Made by a program: the position numbers and the translations under genes | Notes under the pieces: generated by a model | Seen by the model: only the letters and a program-made list of their open reading frames with translations | Database searches by the model: none | What the model was told of the DNA's origin: nothing | Shown: positions 18,926 to 27,515 of the stretch, piece by piece | Layout of the letters: each line of letters starts with the position of its first letter | Numbering within the stretch: position 1 is the stretch's first letter | Origin: an uncultured Chloroflexia bacterium | Lineage (GTDB): Bacteria; Chloroflexota; Limnocylindria; Limnocylindrales; CSP1-4 | Assembly (NCBI GenBank): GCA_963790955.1 | Contig: CAWBQM010000004.1 | Span: 23,643 to 87,642, forward strand | DNA: 64,000 nucleotides | Direction: 5' to 3'

Positions 18926-19873
18926 TCAGCCTGGTCGGGACCTGCTCAGCCCGACCACCGACGCCACGAGGAGCACGATCGCGCCGCCAGCAAGGCTCGC
19001 GCTCTCACGGAACACCGAGTCCGGATAGCGGCTCGCGTCCCAGCCGGCGTTGAGCTGGCGATAGCCGCGAGCCGAGTACCAGGCGATGAAAACCGCGTCG
19101 TCGTTGACGAGGACACCCTGGGCGTTGAAGCGCGGAAAGCCATTCTCGCGGGCCACATCCTGCGCCAGGTGAAAGGAACCGTCGGGCGCCTCGAGCGCGA
19201 CACTCCACTGGTACGAGCCGGGCGTGACGGCCGCAGGGTTGCCGGGATCAGCCGGATCACCGAGTACCTGCATGGGCATGAGGTAGCCGACGCCACTGGC
19301 CCACTCGAGTCCGTTGTACAGGATCACGACGGCAACCGCGGTGACGAGGAGCGCCGGCAGGATACGGCGCACGAGGACCCCCGCCAGTACCGCGATGCCG
19401 AACGCCGCCAGGCCGCGTGCCACGAGCGGCGCCCCGCGCCATTGATCGCCGTAGAAGTTGAACGTGGGATCGATGCGCTGCCACTCCCACAGGAGCCGGT
19501 TGGCGGCGAGCGCCGCCGGCACGAGCAGCACGACCACGAGCACGAGCGCGGGCACCAGGCGCCAAATGAACCAGCGCAGCCGACTGCCCGACAGTGACCA
19601 GGCCAGGCGACCGGTGCCGGTCTCGAGCTCGCGCGCGAGGAGCGGCGCGCCGAGCAGGCCGCCCACGACGAACGGCAGCGTCGCGAGGAGCGGGTAGAGC
19701 CAGGTATCGAGTGGGTTGCCGATCCGGTAGAAGGCGCTCGTGGTGGGACAGATCGTGTCGACGCAGTTGTCCGCGACCCGGATGTTGCGCAGGAGCATGG
19801 TCACGACGATCGTCGCGCCGGTCACCCCGATCGCCGCCCCGAGCGCGCCCAGGAGCTCCGGCCGGCCGACGCC
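18926..19873 (-). CDS. ABC-2 type transporter permease (module 3, second permease)
   Basis: Paralogous to the module 1 and 2 permeases (LARELETGTGRLAWSLSGSRLRW ...). The N-terminal 160 aa of the 477-aa ORF is R-rich junk; the real start is near MTSGVGRPELL. Confidence 0.7.
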   Translation of the reverse strand, partial: GVGRPELLGALGAAIGVTGATIVVTMLLRNIRVADNCVDTICPTTSAFYRIGNPLDTWLYPLLATLPFVVGGLLGAPLLARELETGTGRLAWSLSGSRLRWFIWRLVPALVLVVVLLVPAALAANRLLWEWQRIDPTFNFYGDQWRGAPLVARGLAAFGIAVLAGVLVRRILPALLVTAVAVVILYNGLEWASGVGYLMPMQVLGDPADPGNPAAVTPGSYQWSVALEAPDGSFHLAQDVARENGFPRFNAQGVLVNDDAVFIAWYSARGYRQLNAGWDASRYPDSVFRESASLAGGAIVLLVASVVGLSRSRPG

Positions 19874-19878
19874 CGAGG

Positions 19879-20955
19879 TCATACGCCAGCCCAGCCAGAC
19901 GCTGCTCCGACGCCAGCCGCCGCGGTTTGGTTCGGCGGCCGTGGCGCCGTAATCGAGCGCCGCGCGTCGAGCTCGAGTCCGATCCCGGGAGCGGGTCGGC
20001 GGCGGCGGACCGCGACGAGCGCGAGGAGGCCGGCCAGGAGCGCGACGCCGCCTGTCGCCGCCGCCTCGCGCGCCTCGACCTCCGGATAGTGGACGCCGCT
20101 GATGCCCAGGAACACCCGGTGCCAGCCGACATGGAACAGCCACAGCGCGTAGCCCGGCGAATCGATGACCTGCGCCTCGGGTGGTCGCAGCGGCGCCGAC
20201 TCGTCGAACGTGAGCTGGGTCCCGTCGGGCAGCTCGAAGCCCTCGCCGAATGCGAGCGGCACGGCCTGGGTCTCCTGGTCGACCTCGGCGCGGTCGACCG
20301 CCTCTCGGGGCAGCCAGTACGGGCGCACATTCGCCGCGAGCGCGAGCCCGACCAGACACAGCCCGCCCGCGAGGAGCAGCGCCGGCAGGGTTCGGCCCAG
20401 CACGACCCCGGCCGCGAGCCCCAGGCCGAACGCGACCAGGCCGCGCACGACGACGAGGATGCCCCGCGAGCCGACGTCGTAGAAGGACTGCGACGGATCG
20501 AACTGGGGATAGATCGCGGCCTCGAGCCGATCGCCCGCGAGCGCCGGGCCGACGAGCAGGAGCACGACCAAGAGGGCCGCCGGCCAGACCCGCCAGGCCA
20601 GCCAGCGCACGCGCGACGCGGTCAGCGACCAGGCCAGTGGTGCGCTCCGGCGCTCGAGCTCGCGGGCCACGAGCGCCGGGCCATAGAGCAGGCCGATGAC
20701 GATCGGGATGAGCGACGCCGCGAACAGGAGCGGCGACCCGAACGACTGCGAGAGGTTGTAGAAGTCGACCACCTCACACGTGCGCAGGCCCGGGCACTGA
20801 CCGGCCCGGATCGCGTCGAGCTGCGCGGCGACCGCGAGCATGCCCAGGGTCAGCGCCGCCGAGAGGCCGATGCCGGCGGCGATCTCGAAGCGCGCGGTCC
20901 GCCAGAACAGCTGCACGCTCCGGGTCATGGCACCGAGAGCCTCAGGCGCCGTCGG
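19879..20955 (-). CDS. ABC-2 type transporter permease (module 3, first permease)
   Basis: Start at MTRSVQLFWRTARFEIAAG. It has six TM helices and a large external loop, and overlaps the ATPase stop by about 14 nt. Confidence 0.7.
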   Translation of the reverse strand, partial: PTAPEALGAMTRSVQLFWRTARFEIAAGIGLSAALTLGMLAVAAQLDAIRAGQCPGLRTCEVVDFYNLSQSFGSPLLFAASLIPIVIGLLYGPALVARELERRSAPLAWSLTASRVRWLAWRVWPAALLVVLLLVGPALAGDRLEAAIYPQFDPSQSFYDVGSRGILVVVRGLVAFGLGLAAGVVLGRTLPALLLAGGLCLVGLALAANVRPYWLPREAVDRAEVDQETQAVPLAFGEGFELPDGTQLTFDESAPLRPPEAQVIDSPGYALWLFHVGWHRVFLGISGVHYPEVEAREAAATGGVALLAGLLALVAVRRRRPAPGIGLELDARRSITAPRPPNQTAAAGVGAASGWAGV

Positions 20956-21847
20956 GGGCCGCGGCCGCCGCCATCGCCGGTGCGGCGAGGTAGCCCAGCA
21001 CGAGCTCCTCGAACGAGGGCTCGCGCCCGATGTCCGTGGCGCGCACGAGGGCGAGCTCGACGTGATCGGCCGGGAAGCGCCCGACCGGGACGAGGTCGGC
21101 GGGCAGGTCGCCGGCCGGCACGACGCGGTGCTCGGCTCGGGCGGTGGCGATCGGGGCATCGAGTCGCACCCGGCCGGCGACGAGCACGACCAGGTCCTCA
21201 CAGGCGTCCTCGATGTCGCGCACGATGTGGGAGCTGATGACGACCGTCGCAGCCGATGCGGCGGCCTCACGCCGGAGCACGTCGAGGAACTCCCGTCGCG
21301 CGAGTGGATCGAGGCTCGCGAGCGGCTCGTCGAGGAGCAGGATGCGCGCCTCCGCGGCGAGCACGAGCGCGAGTCCGAGCTGGGCGCGCTGGCCACCCGA
21401 CAGCTCGTCGGCCCGGCTGCGGCGGGGCAGGCCCAGCTCGTGGACCCGGGCCAGGGCGGCGTCGCGGTCCAATCCCCGGCGCAGGTACGCCGCCAGATCG
21501 ACGTGCTCCTCGACGCTCAGCTCGTCATACAGCGAGGGTTGCTGGGGGATGTACCCGAGCGAGCGGATCGCCTCGCCCCGGCGGCGCCACGGATCGACCC
21601 CGGCCGCCGACACCTGGCCGCGGGTCGCGTGCTCGAAGCCCAGCCAGGTGCGCAGGAGTGTCGACTTGCCGGCGCCGTTGGGTCCGACCAGGGCCACGAT
21701 CCGACCCGGTGCGATCGCGAGGCTGACGTCCTCGAGCGCCCAGTGCCCGCGCCGGTAGCGCTTCCACAGGCCGCTCGCGGCCAGGGCGGGCTGTGCGGCC
21801 AGAGCAGTCGACGTGGGCGCCATCACCGAAGACGGTACCAGCCGCAA
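20942..21847 (-). CDS. ABC transporter ATP-binding protein (module 3)
   Basis: Walker A GPNGAGKST, signature LSGGQRAQ, Walker B LLLDEP. The C-terminal tail FEELVLGYLAA is shared with the module 2 ATPase. Confidence 0.8.
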   Translation of the reverse strand: MRLVPSSVMAPTSTALAAQPALAASGLWKRYRRGHWALEDVSLAIAPGRIVALVGPNGAGKSTLLRTWLGFEHATRGQVSAAGVDPWRRRGEAIRSLGYIPQQPSLYDELSVEEHVDLAAYLRRGLDRDAALARVHELGLPRRSRADELSGGQRAQLGLALVLAAEARILLLDEPLASLDPLARREFLDVLRREAAASAATVVISSHIVRDIEDACEDLVVLVAGRVRLDAPIATARAEHRVVPAGDLPADLVPVGRFPADHVELALVRATDIGREPSFEELVLGYLAAPAMAAAAAPDGA

Positions 21848-22149
21848 AGCCCAGAACTACGTCCCCACTGCGGGCAGAGGCTCGTCGAGTAGATTGAGCT
21901 CACGGTGTTGTCGAACCCCGTCGGCATCGTGTTGCGCGTGGTCGGCCCACACACATTGAACGAGGAGCCAGTCCCAAGCGAGCCTGTCCAGAGTACAAAC
22001 CCGTGCCCAGTGACGTTCGTCGACTTCATGCTTGAGATGTTGTTGTCGTACGGTGACGACAGGGAACCCATGCTCGTCCCGTAGTCCATCAGTAGCTCGG
22101 ATCCGGTCAGGTTCGTTCCGGTCCAGAATTGGCCTTCGTTCGCAGCCAA
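21823..22149 (-). CDS. divergent paralog of the betagamma-crystallin-like small protein (module 3), apparently lacking a signal peptide
   Basis: FVLWTGSLGTGSSFNVCGP and FDNTVSSIY are similar to FWENTGYGGNSVTYCYP and YNDTVSSFKW of the other copies. It sits in 50% GC DNA. Its 5' end abuts the truncated integrase at 22137, and its stop overlaps the probable ATPase start (21823). Confidence 0.4.
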   Translation of the reverse strand: MAANEGQFWTGTNLTGSELLMDYGTSMGSLSSPYDNNISSMKSTNVTGHGFVLWTGSLGTGSSFNVCGPTTRNTMPTGFDNTVSSIYSTSLCPQWGRSSGLCGWYRLR

Positions 22150-22505
22150 CGGAAGAACTGCTGGAGACTGCGGTAGGGGTTCGCCGCGGAGGCAGGACGG
22201 AGACGCGTGAGCTGGTCGGCGATGAAGGCGTCCACGTGCTCACGGCGGATCGCCGCCACGGTCCGGGGCATGCCCTCCTCGGCCAGGAACGCGTCGAAGC
22301 GGCCCACAGCGTCGAAGTAGGCGTGGATTGTGGCCGGCGTCCGGTCGCCCGCGTGGACGTGACGACGAAGGAGGCGCCGTTCGCGGCGAGGTCGTCGACT
22401 GCGGTAGACTCGGCCGCGCCGACCTGGCTGGGCGGCGTCGGATGGTCGTTGATCGAGCGTCTGGGCATCACCCACGTCGATCGACAGTTCGAGCGCCATG
22501 GTCAA
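22137..22505 (-). pseudogene. truncated, frameshifted tyrosine-integrase N-terminal fragment (diverged copy of int at 36232..37191)
   Basis: [30 protein letters not shown] ... followed, in another frame, by [32 protein letters not shown] ... SLQQFFRWL. This is about 85-90% aa identity to int residues 1-109, then it stops. Confidence 0.7.
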
Positions 22506-22554
22506 GCCGGGGAGGCCGGCGCCAGTTAGTGCTCTAACTGAGCGTGAACCTCGT

Positions 22555-22591
22555 GGGCCCGTAGCTCAACGGTAGAGCAAGTGACTCTTAA
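22555..22591 (+). other. partial tRNA-Lys copy (5' half up to the anticodon loop); att-like junction
   Basis: It is identical to nt 1-37 of the tRNA at 37280 (GGGCCCGTAGCTCAACGGTAGAGCAAGTGACTCTTAA). The 89-nt int-proximal spacer is also conserved. Confidence 0.7.
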
Positions 22592-23235
22592 GTCCGTGGC
22601 TCGAAACGCCATGGTCGTCGTTCGTGAGACGCCCGCGAAATCGGCCGAATCATTTGCTCTCCAACGCGTTCATGAGACCAGCGGCCGCGTCGACAACGAG
22701 GGGGCCTGCCGGCTCGCGCCGGCGGAGACTGGGCTCGAGCACGCGGTTATGTCTCGCCGGGGTCGTCCTGACTTGAGGGCCGAGGCGCTGGGCGAGATCG
22801 CTCTAGCTGGCGTGCATGCGCGGCCCGGGTGATCAATTCGCCCGACTGCGGATCGCCAGGACATCGCTGCTCGCGACGAAGCCACCATCGCCAGCCGTCG
22901 ACAACAATCTACGTCGGGTCGACGAAAAGTCCTCCCGCTCGGGCAACCTGCAATTCGCGCCTGCTTATCCGGAACAGGCTGTGGGGCGACCTCGACCGCG
23001 GCACCGATGGGCCGGAATTTGTGTGAGCCGGCCACGGACACCAGCTGCCAGTCGATCGCTGGGGGCGACGGCCGATTGGGCGGACCACTAGAAATTCCCC
23101 ATCTCGGTCCTGATCCAGGTCCGCGTCGCGCTCAATTGGTGCCACTTCCAGACTCTCATGTCCCAGTTGCCGTTGCCTTGCGGGAGGCCAAAGATCAGGA
23201 GCTGTCGGTAGCCGTCTCTGCTAGGCCTATGTACC

Positions 23236-24192
23236 TCAGGTTGGCCGTCGGCGGTTGACGACGATGGCGGCGCCGACGAGACCAACGAAACCAACCGACC
23301 CGAACAGCGCAATGTCGTACAAGATCCATTGGAGGGCTTCGGACTGCGGAATCCCCAACGCAACGAGCTCGTAGCCGCGGTCCCCCAGCCACTGGTCACT
23401 GCTTTCTTGAGGAGCCACGCCGGGTGGCACAAGCGCGAGTGCTGCCTCCTCGTTGAGAATGCTTCCATCGGGTGCGCGCCAGCCCTGGTTAGTTTGTACT
23501 GCAGCGACCAGGTTCGAGTTCTGGTCGCCGATCACAATCGCCGGTCGAGTCTGGATCCACGCTTGATGGGCCAGACTGGCTCCATAGTCAAGCGCGAGCA
23601 CGAGGGCGACCCCGACGATGAACGCTGGCAACGTGCGGCCCATGACTGCGCCAAGCAGCAATCCCACACAGAATCCCGCCAACGCTCGTCCGAGGACGAT
23701 CGGACCATGGAGCGTCATGTCATTGACGGCGGTATTGAGCCAGGGCTGGCGCGTCGCCTCCAGCCGGTCGGCCGCAAGCGCGGCGAACGTCACCACGACG
23801 CCCAGCAGCACCAGCACGGGCGCCACCTGGCGAGCCAGCCAGCGCAAGCGCGAGCCGGACAGGGACCACGCGGTCTGCGCGGTCCGGGCCTCGAGCTCGC
23901 GGCCGACGAGTGGCACGCTGCCGAGCAGCCCGACGAGGAACGGCAGGACGGCCATGGCCGCGAAGACCTTGCCCGCCTCGGACTCGTTGATCGTGGCGAA
24001 CGCGTTGACCGGGCCATAGCAGTCGCCGGCCTGATCGGGCCCGGCGCTGAGCCACTGCTGGAAGCAGCCGGCCGGGACGTGCACCGCGAGCAGGCGCTCG
24101 TTCACGAGCAGCGCGGCCACCCCGAGGACGAGCGCCGCGAGCGCGGCGGCGCCGACCTCGAAGCGATGCAGCTTGAGCGTGAGCCGGATCGA
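23236..24192 (-). CDS. ABC-2 type transporter permease (module 2)
   Basis: It starts at MLRSIRLTLKLHRFEV and is about 90% identical to module 1. The longer ORF 23236..25065 in the track is an alternative-frame artefact across the ATPase. Confidence 0.8.
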   Translation of the reverse strand, partial: SIRLTLKLHRFEVGAAALAALVLGVAALLVNERLLAVHVPAGCFQQWLSAGPDQAGDCYGPVNAFATINESEAGKVFAAMAVLPFLVGLLGSVPLVGRELEARTAQTAWSLSGSRLRWLARQVAPVLVLLGVVVTFAALAADRLEATRQPWLNTAVNDMTLHGPIVLGRALAGFCVGLLLGAVMGRTLPAFIVGVALVLALDYGASLAHQAWIQTRPAIVIGDQNSNLVAAVQTNQGWRAPDGSILNEEAALALVPPGVAPQESSDQWLGDRGYELVALGIPQSEALQWILYDIALFGSVGFVGLVGAAIVVNRRRPT

Positions 24193-24203
24193 GCGCAGCA
24201 TCG

Positions 24204-25157
24204 TCACGCGGTCTCCTCCCGGCGGCCGGTTCGCGCGGCCGCGAGATATCCGAGTACGACCTCCTCGAGCGTGGTCGGGCGGCCGATCGGGCCATCGCGC
24301 ACGAGGGCGAGCGGCTCCCCGCTCGGACCGGCGAAGACACCGATCGCCACCCGCCCGTCGAGCGTGGCCGCGTCGACCGTGCGGTGGTCGGCCCTGGCCG
24401 CCGCCGTGTCGACGTCGAGCAGCACCCGCCCGCCCGAGAGCACGACGAGTCGATCGCAGGCCTGCTCCACGTCGGTCACGATGTGCGACGAGAGGAGCGC
24501 GGTCGAGCCGTTGGCGCGGACGTCCTCGACGAGCACGGTCAGGAAGTCGCGCCGGGCCAGCGGATCGAGGTTCGCGAGCGGCTCGTCGAGCAGCAGCAGC
24601 GGGGCCCGGGTGCCGAGCGCAAGCGCCAGCGAGACCTGGGCCTGCTCGCCGCCCGACAGGTCGCCGATCGGCCGGTTCGCGGTCAGCCCGACCGCTCGGA
24701 TGCGCGCCAGCGCGTGCTGGCGGTCGAACGTCGGGCGGCTGACGCGGGCCAGATCGAGATGGTCGTCGATCGTGAGCCCGCGGTACAGCGCGCCGCCCTG
24801 GGGCACGTAGCCGACCGAGCCCACCGCCCGGGGACGATCGCGCCGGGGATCGATGCCGGTGACGAGCACCCTGCCCTCGTCCGGGCGTTCGAAGCCGAGG
24901 CATGCCCGGATGAGCGTCGACTTGCCGGCGCCGTTGGGGCCCACGAGGGCGGTGATCGAGCCGGCCGGCACGGCCAGCGACACGTCGCGGCACGCCCACG
25001 GCCGGTTGCGTCGGTAGCGGCGCCCGAAGCGCTCGGCGACGAGCGGTGGATCCTGCACGAGCCAAGTTCCTAATGCGCCACGATCCGGAGAGACCATCTC
25101 GGCCGCGGGGCCGCTGTCGGCCAGAAGCATTCTGCGTGTGTGACCGAAGGCCTGCAA
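24204..25157 (-). CDS. ABC transporter ATP-binding protein (module 2)
   Basis: Walker A, signature and Walker B are all intact. The C-terminal approximately 80-aa extension (SGEPLALVRDGPIGRPTTLEEVVLGYLAA) is conserved. Confidence 0.8.
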   Translation of the reverse strand: MQAFGHTRRMLLADSGPAAEMVSPDRGALGTWLVQDPPLVAERFGRRYRRNRPWACRDVSLAVPAGSITALVGPNGAGKSTLIRACLGFERPDEGRVLVTGIDPRRDRPRAVGSVGYVPQGGALYRGLTIDDHLDLARVSRPTFDRQHALARIRAVGLTANRPIGDLSGGEQAQVSLALALGTRAPLLLLDEPLANLDPLARRDFLTVLVEDVRANGSTALLSSHIVTDVEQACDRLVVLSGGRVLLDVDTAAARADHRTVDAATLDGRVAIGVFAGPSGEPLALVRDGPIGRPTTLEEVVLGYLAAARTGRREETA

Positions 25158-25359
25158 TCAGCCCCAGCGTGTCTGAGTGAACTCCCCCGAGGATGCCGCA
25201 TGAGTGCGTAGCGCGGTGGCTGCCGTAAGGGCCTGTAGCCGAATTCCTCCGATCGATCGCGCCGGATCTGGCCCGAGATGCCGCTCTCCGGCATTTGAGC
25301 CGCGCGGTGGATCGTGCTCGGCGAATTCGACCACAGACCCTAAGACTACCGCAGCAGGG

Positions 25360-25825
25360 TTACGTACTTGGACCCTGAGGACACGTTGATGTGTATGTCC
25401 ATTTGAAGGAACTGACTGTGTCGTTGTATGAACCGTAGTTGCTGGAGTATGTGTTTCCAGAGGCGCTGTATGGACTGGGAAGCTGGTTCGAATATCCAGC
25501 ATCACGGTATTGATGGATCCAGTAATGGCAGTTCGAGTTGTAGACATGGAAGCTGCTGAAGCAGTCGTTGAGATCGTATGGCCAATCCAGCCCCGATCCG
25601 GAGCAATGTGGGAATGCAACCTGGCTCAAGTCGCTCTCACCATACGGGTAGCAGTAGGTGACCGAGTTGCCGCCGTATCCTGTATTCTCCCAGAAAGTCA
25701 CAGATGCCCCGCTGCAAGAAGCGGTAGCGGAAGGCACAAGAACGAATAGCCATGCTGGAAAGAAGCAACGACATTACAAGCACAACATACGGACGCCTTC
25801 GGCGTCCTTGTGCGACATTGGCCAT
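25360..25825 (-). pseudogene. betagamma-crystallin-like small secreted protein, copy 2, with +1 frameshift between signal peptide and mature domain
   Basis: The signal peptide MANVAQGRRRRPYVVLVMSLLLSSMAIRS is in one frame (25637..25825). The mature domain VPSATASCSGASVTFWENTGYGG ... (25360..25737) is in the +1 frame. Compared with the copy 1 remnant there is one extra nucleotide (atgcTggaaag versus atgccgaaag). Confidence 0.6.
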
Positions 25826-26374
25826 CCTCGAGTCCTCCTCTTGTGAACGCCGAGGGCCACCATCGTTCCCGCAAACTCGAGTTTAGTACGAGTGTCAATC
25901 GTCAGTGGAGAGGTTGTCTCGATGCTCCGTGAATTAGTCAGGGCCAACTGCTCAGTGAATTTGTCAGTCAGAGAGGGACCTGGCTGCTCGGGACGACTGG
26001 CTCGTCGGCCTCCGGGGCCCACTTGGTCGGAGCACGGGCTCCGGCGCCCAGCGGCGCGACATCGGGGAGGCGCGACGACCGGATGCGCGGGCACTCCCGC
26101 GACCCGGCCGTCCACGTCGGGCCCGTCGCTCGTCGATGCCGAGCCGGCGGAGGCCGGGTGATCCGCTCGCGGTCCCGGGATCACGGGTCGATAGCCGTCG
26201 CCAGCTCATCGGCGATGCGCGCGAGGACCTGATCTCCGAGGACACGTGCGATCCCCACCGGCGCCGTCCGTGGTGCGCCCCAGGTCGATCTGGGCGCCGT
26301 CGACGCGTTCGTCCGCCAGCCCCCGCACCGCCACGCCTTTGGTTTGGGCTGCGCTGCACGCGGGAGCTGTGACG

Positions 26375-26695
26375 ATGACGACACGACGATCACACACCTC
26401 GACGACCCCTCAAAGGCGTCTGACGACCGACGACCCCGAGCGCGCTGAGCGCTCGCTCCGTGGCCGCATCGGGGCGTATCGGCTCCATGCGACCCACGAC
26501 TCGCGCGAGACGTCGCGGCCCGGCCGCCTGGCGTTCCTGGCCTCGTTCGAGCGGCTGGTCGATCCCGACCGGGTCCTGCCCGAGGCCGAGCGCACCAGAC
26601 GGGCGGCCCACGCCCGCTCGGCCCATTTTGCACGTCTGGCCTATCTGTCGGCCCGGGCACGACGGAAACGGGCACGGCGTCGACGCGGACCGTGA
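26375..26695 (+). CDS. hypothetical small basic protein upstream of Replic_Relax (copy A)
   Basis: An approximately 106-aa protein (MTTRRSHT ... LAFLASFERLVDPDRVLPEAERTRRAAHARSAHFARLAYL ...). Its stop overlaps the next gene's start (GTGA). The opposite-strand ORF is a P/R/G-rich artefact. Confidence 0.3.
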   Translation: MTTRRSHTSTTPQRRLTTDDPERAERSLRGRIGAYRLHATHDSRETSRPGRLAFLASFERLVDPDRVLPEAERTRRAAHARSAHFARLAYLSARARRKRARRRRGP

Positions 26696-27515
26696 GGGCA
26701 GTCGCCCGCCGGCCGCTGGTGCGGTCAGGTCCCGGTGTCTCGGCCTGGACCGCCCTGCCCGAGCGCGACCGCCAGCTGCTGCTGTGGCTGATCAGCGGCG
26801 ATGTGGTGACGGCCGAGCTCGCGGCGCTCCTCGCGTACGGTCATCTCCGGGTCGCCCAGCGGCGCCTGGCGCGTCTGGTCGAGTACGGCCTGGTCTCGGG
26901 CTTCTGGGCGGCCAACCGCCAGCGACCTCGTGGCCGCTACGCGTATGCCCTGGCCAAGACCGCCCGGGTCCAGCTCGAGCAGCTCGTGTGGCCGCAGGGC
27001 CGCCCGGGGCTCGCCGGTGGTGGCATCGTGACGGTCTCGCCGGTCATCCACGGGCTCGCCACGCACGACCTGTTCGCGGTGTTCCTGGCGGCCTCGGATC
27101 CAGCCGGTGAGGTGGGGCTCGCGGGCTGGGTGCCCGAGCGCCCGCTCGTGCGGCTCACGAGCTATGGTGACCTGCGGCCCGACGCCTTGGCGGTGGTTCG
27201 CTCGGGCGAGCGCCTGATCGTGCTGTTCATCGAACGTGATCTCGGCACCGAGCGCGGTGGCGTGCTCAGCGACAAGGTGCGCGGCTACGATCGACTGTAC
27301 CGCCAGCGCGTCGCCGCCCATCCGCTCCACGTCGGCTTCGTGGTCGAGAGCCACCGCCGCGCGTACGCGATCCGCCGGGTCCTCGCCCGAGCCGCCGACG
27401 AGACCCGCCTCGGGGTGTGGGTGACGACCGAGGCCGATCTGCGCGCCGATCCCTATGGCTGTCTCTGGGTATCGCCCGCGATCGATCCGGTGGCCACGGC
27501 CGATCTGGCGGCCAA
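26692..27515 (+). pseudogene. replication-relaxation (Replic_Relax) family protein, copy A, 3'-truncated by the IS30-family insertion
   Basis: LPERDRQLLLWLISGDVVTAELAALL ... RVAQRRLARLVEYGLVSGF matches the Replic_Relax N-terminal wHTH. It is identical to copy B up to aa ~274 and then diverges at 27515. Confidence 0.7.

Larger units (their letters stand above)
26046..27515. repeat. 1.47-kb direct repeat copy A (identical to 33715..35184)
   Basis: The ORF translations are identical across the segment (164-aa, 149-aa and 216-aa frames, and the first 274 aa of the Replic_Relax gene). Copy A stops at the IS30 junction. Confidence 0.8.

Noticed and set aside
18540-18926. Searched for the missing 5' part of the rhs gene or another gene in this lower-GC gap upstream of the module-1 remnant
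   Set aside because: Only short ORFs without YD, PD40 or other motifs. It is treated as an intergenic or promoter region of the disrupted small-protein gene.
23040-23236. Possible small gene downstream of the module-2 permease (…GNGNWDMRVWKWHQLSATRTWIRTEMGNF)
   Set aside because: No start or signal context and no similarity. It is the tail of a long alternative-frame ORF (23088..23468) overlapping the permease.
25637-25825. Possible programmed ribosomal frameshift or two separate small ORFs in betagamma copy 2 (62-aa signal-like peptide plus 125-aa domain from a GTG)
   Set aside because: Comparing with the copy 1 remnant (18372..18458 joined to 16931) shows that copy 1 is in one continuous frame and copy 2 simply has one extra nucleotide (atgcTggaaag). 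An ordinary indel pseudogene is the parsimonious reading. The apparent shared frameshift in copy 1 (ORF 16822..17370) is just the open alternative frame.
26181-26675. 164-aa minus-strand ORF inside the 1.47-kb repeat (ends VLGDQVLARIADELATAIDP)
   Set aside because: It is mostly P/R/G-rich. Only the last about 25 aa look protein-like, and it may be a remnant of a truncated gene at the repeat edge. The plus-strand small basic ORF is listed instead at low confidence.
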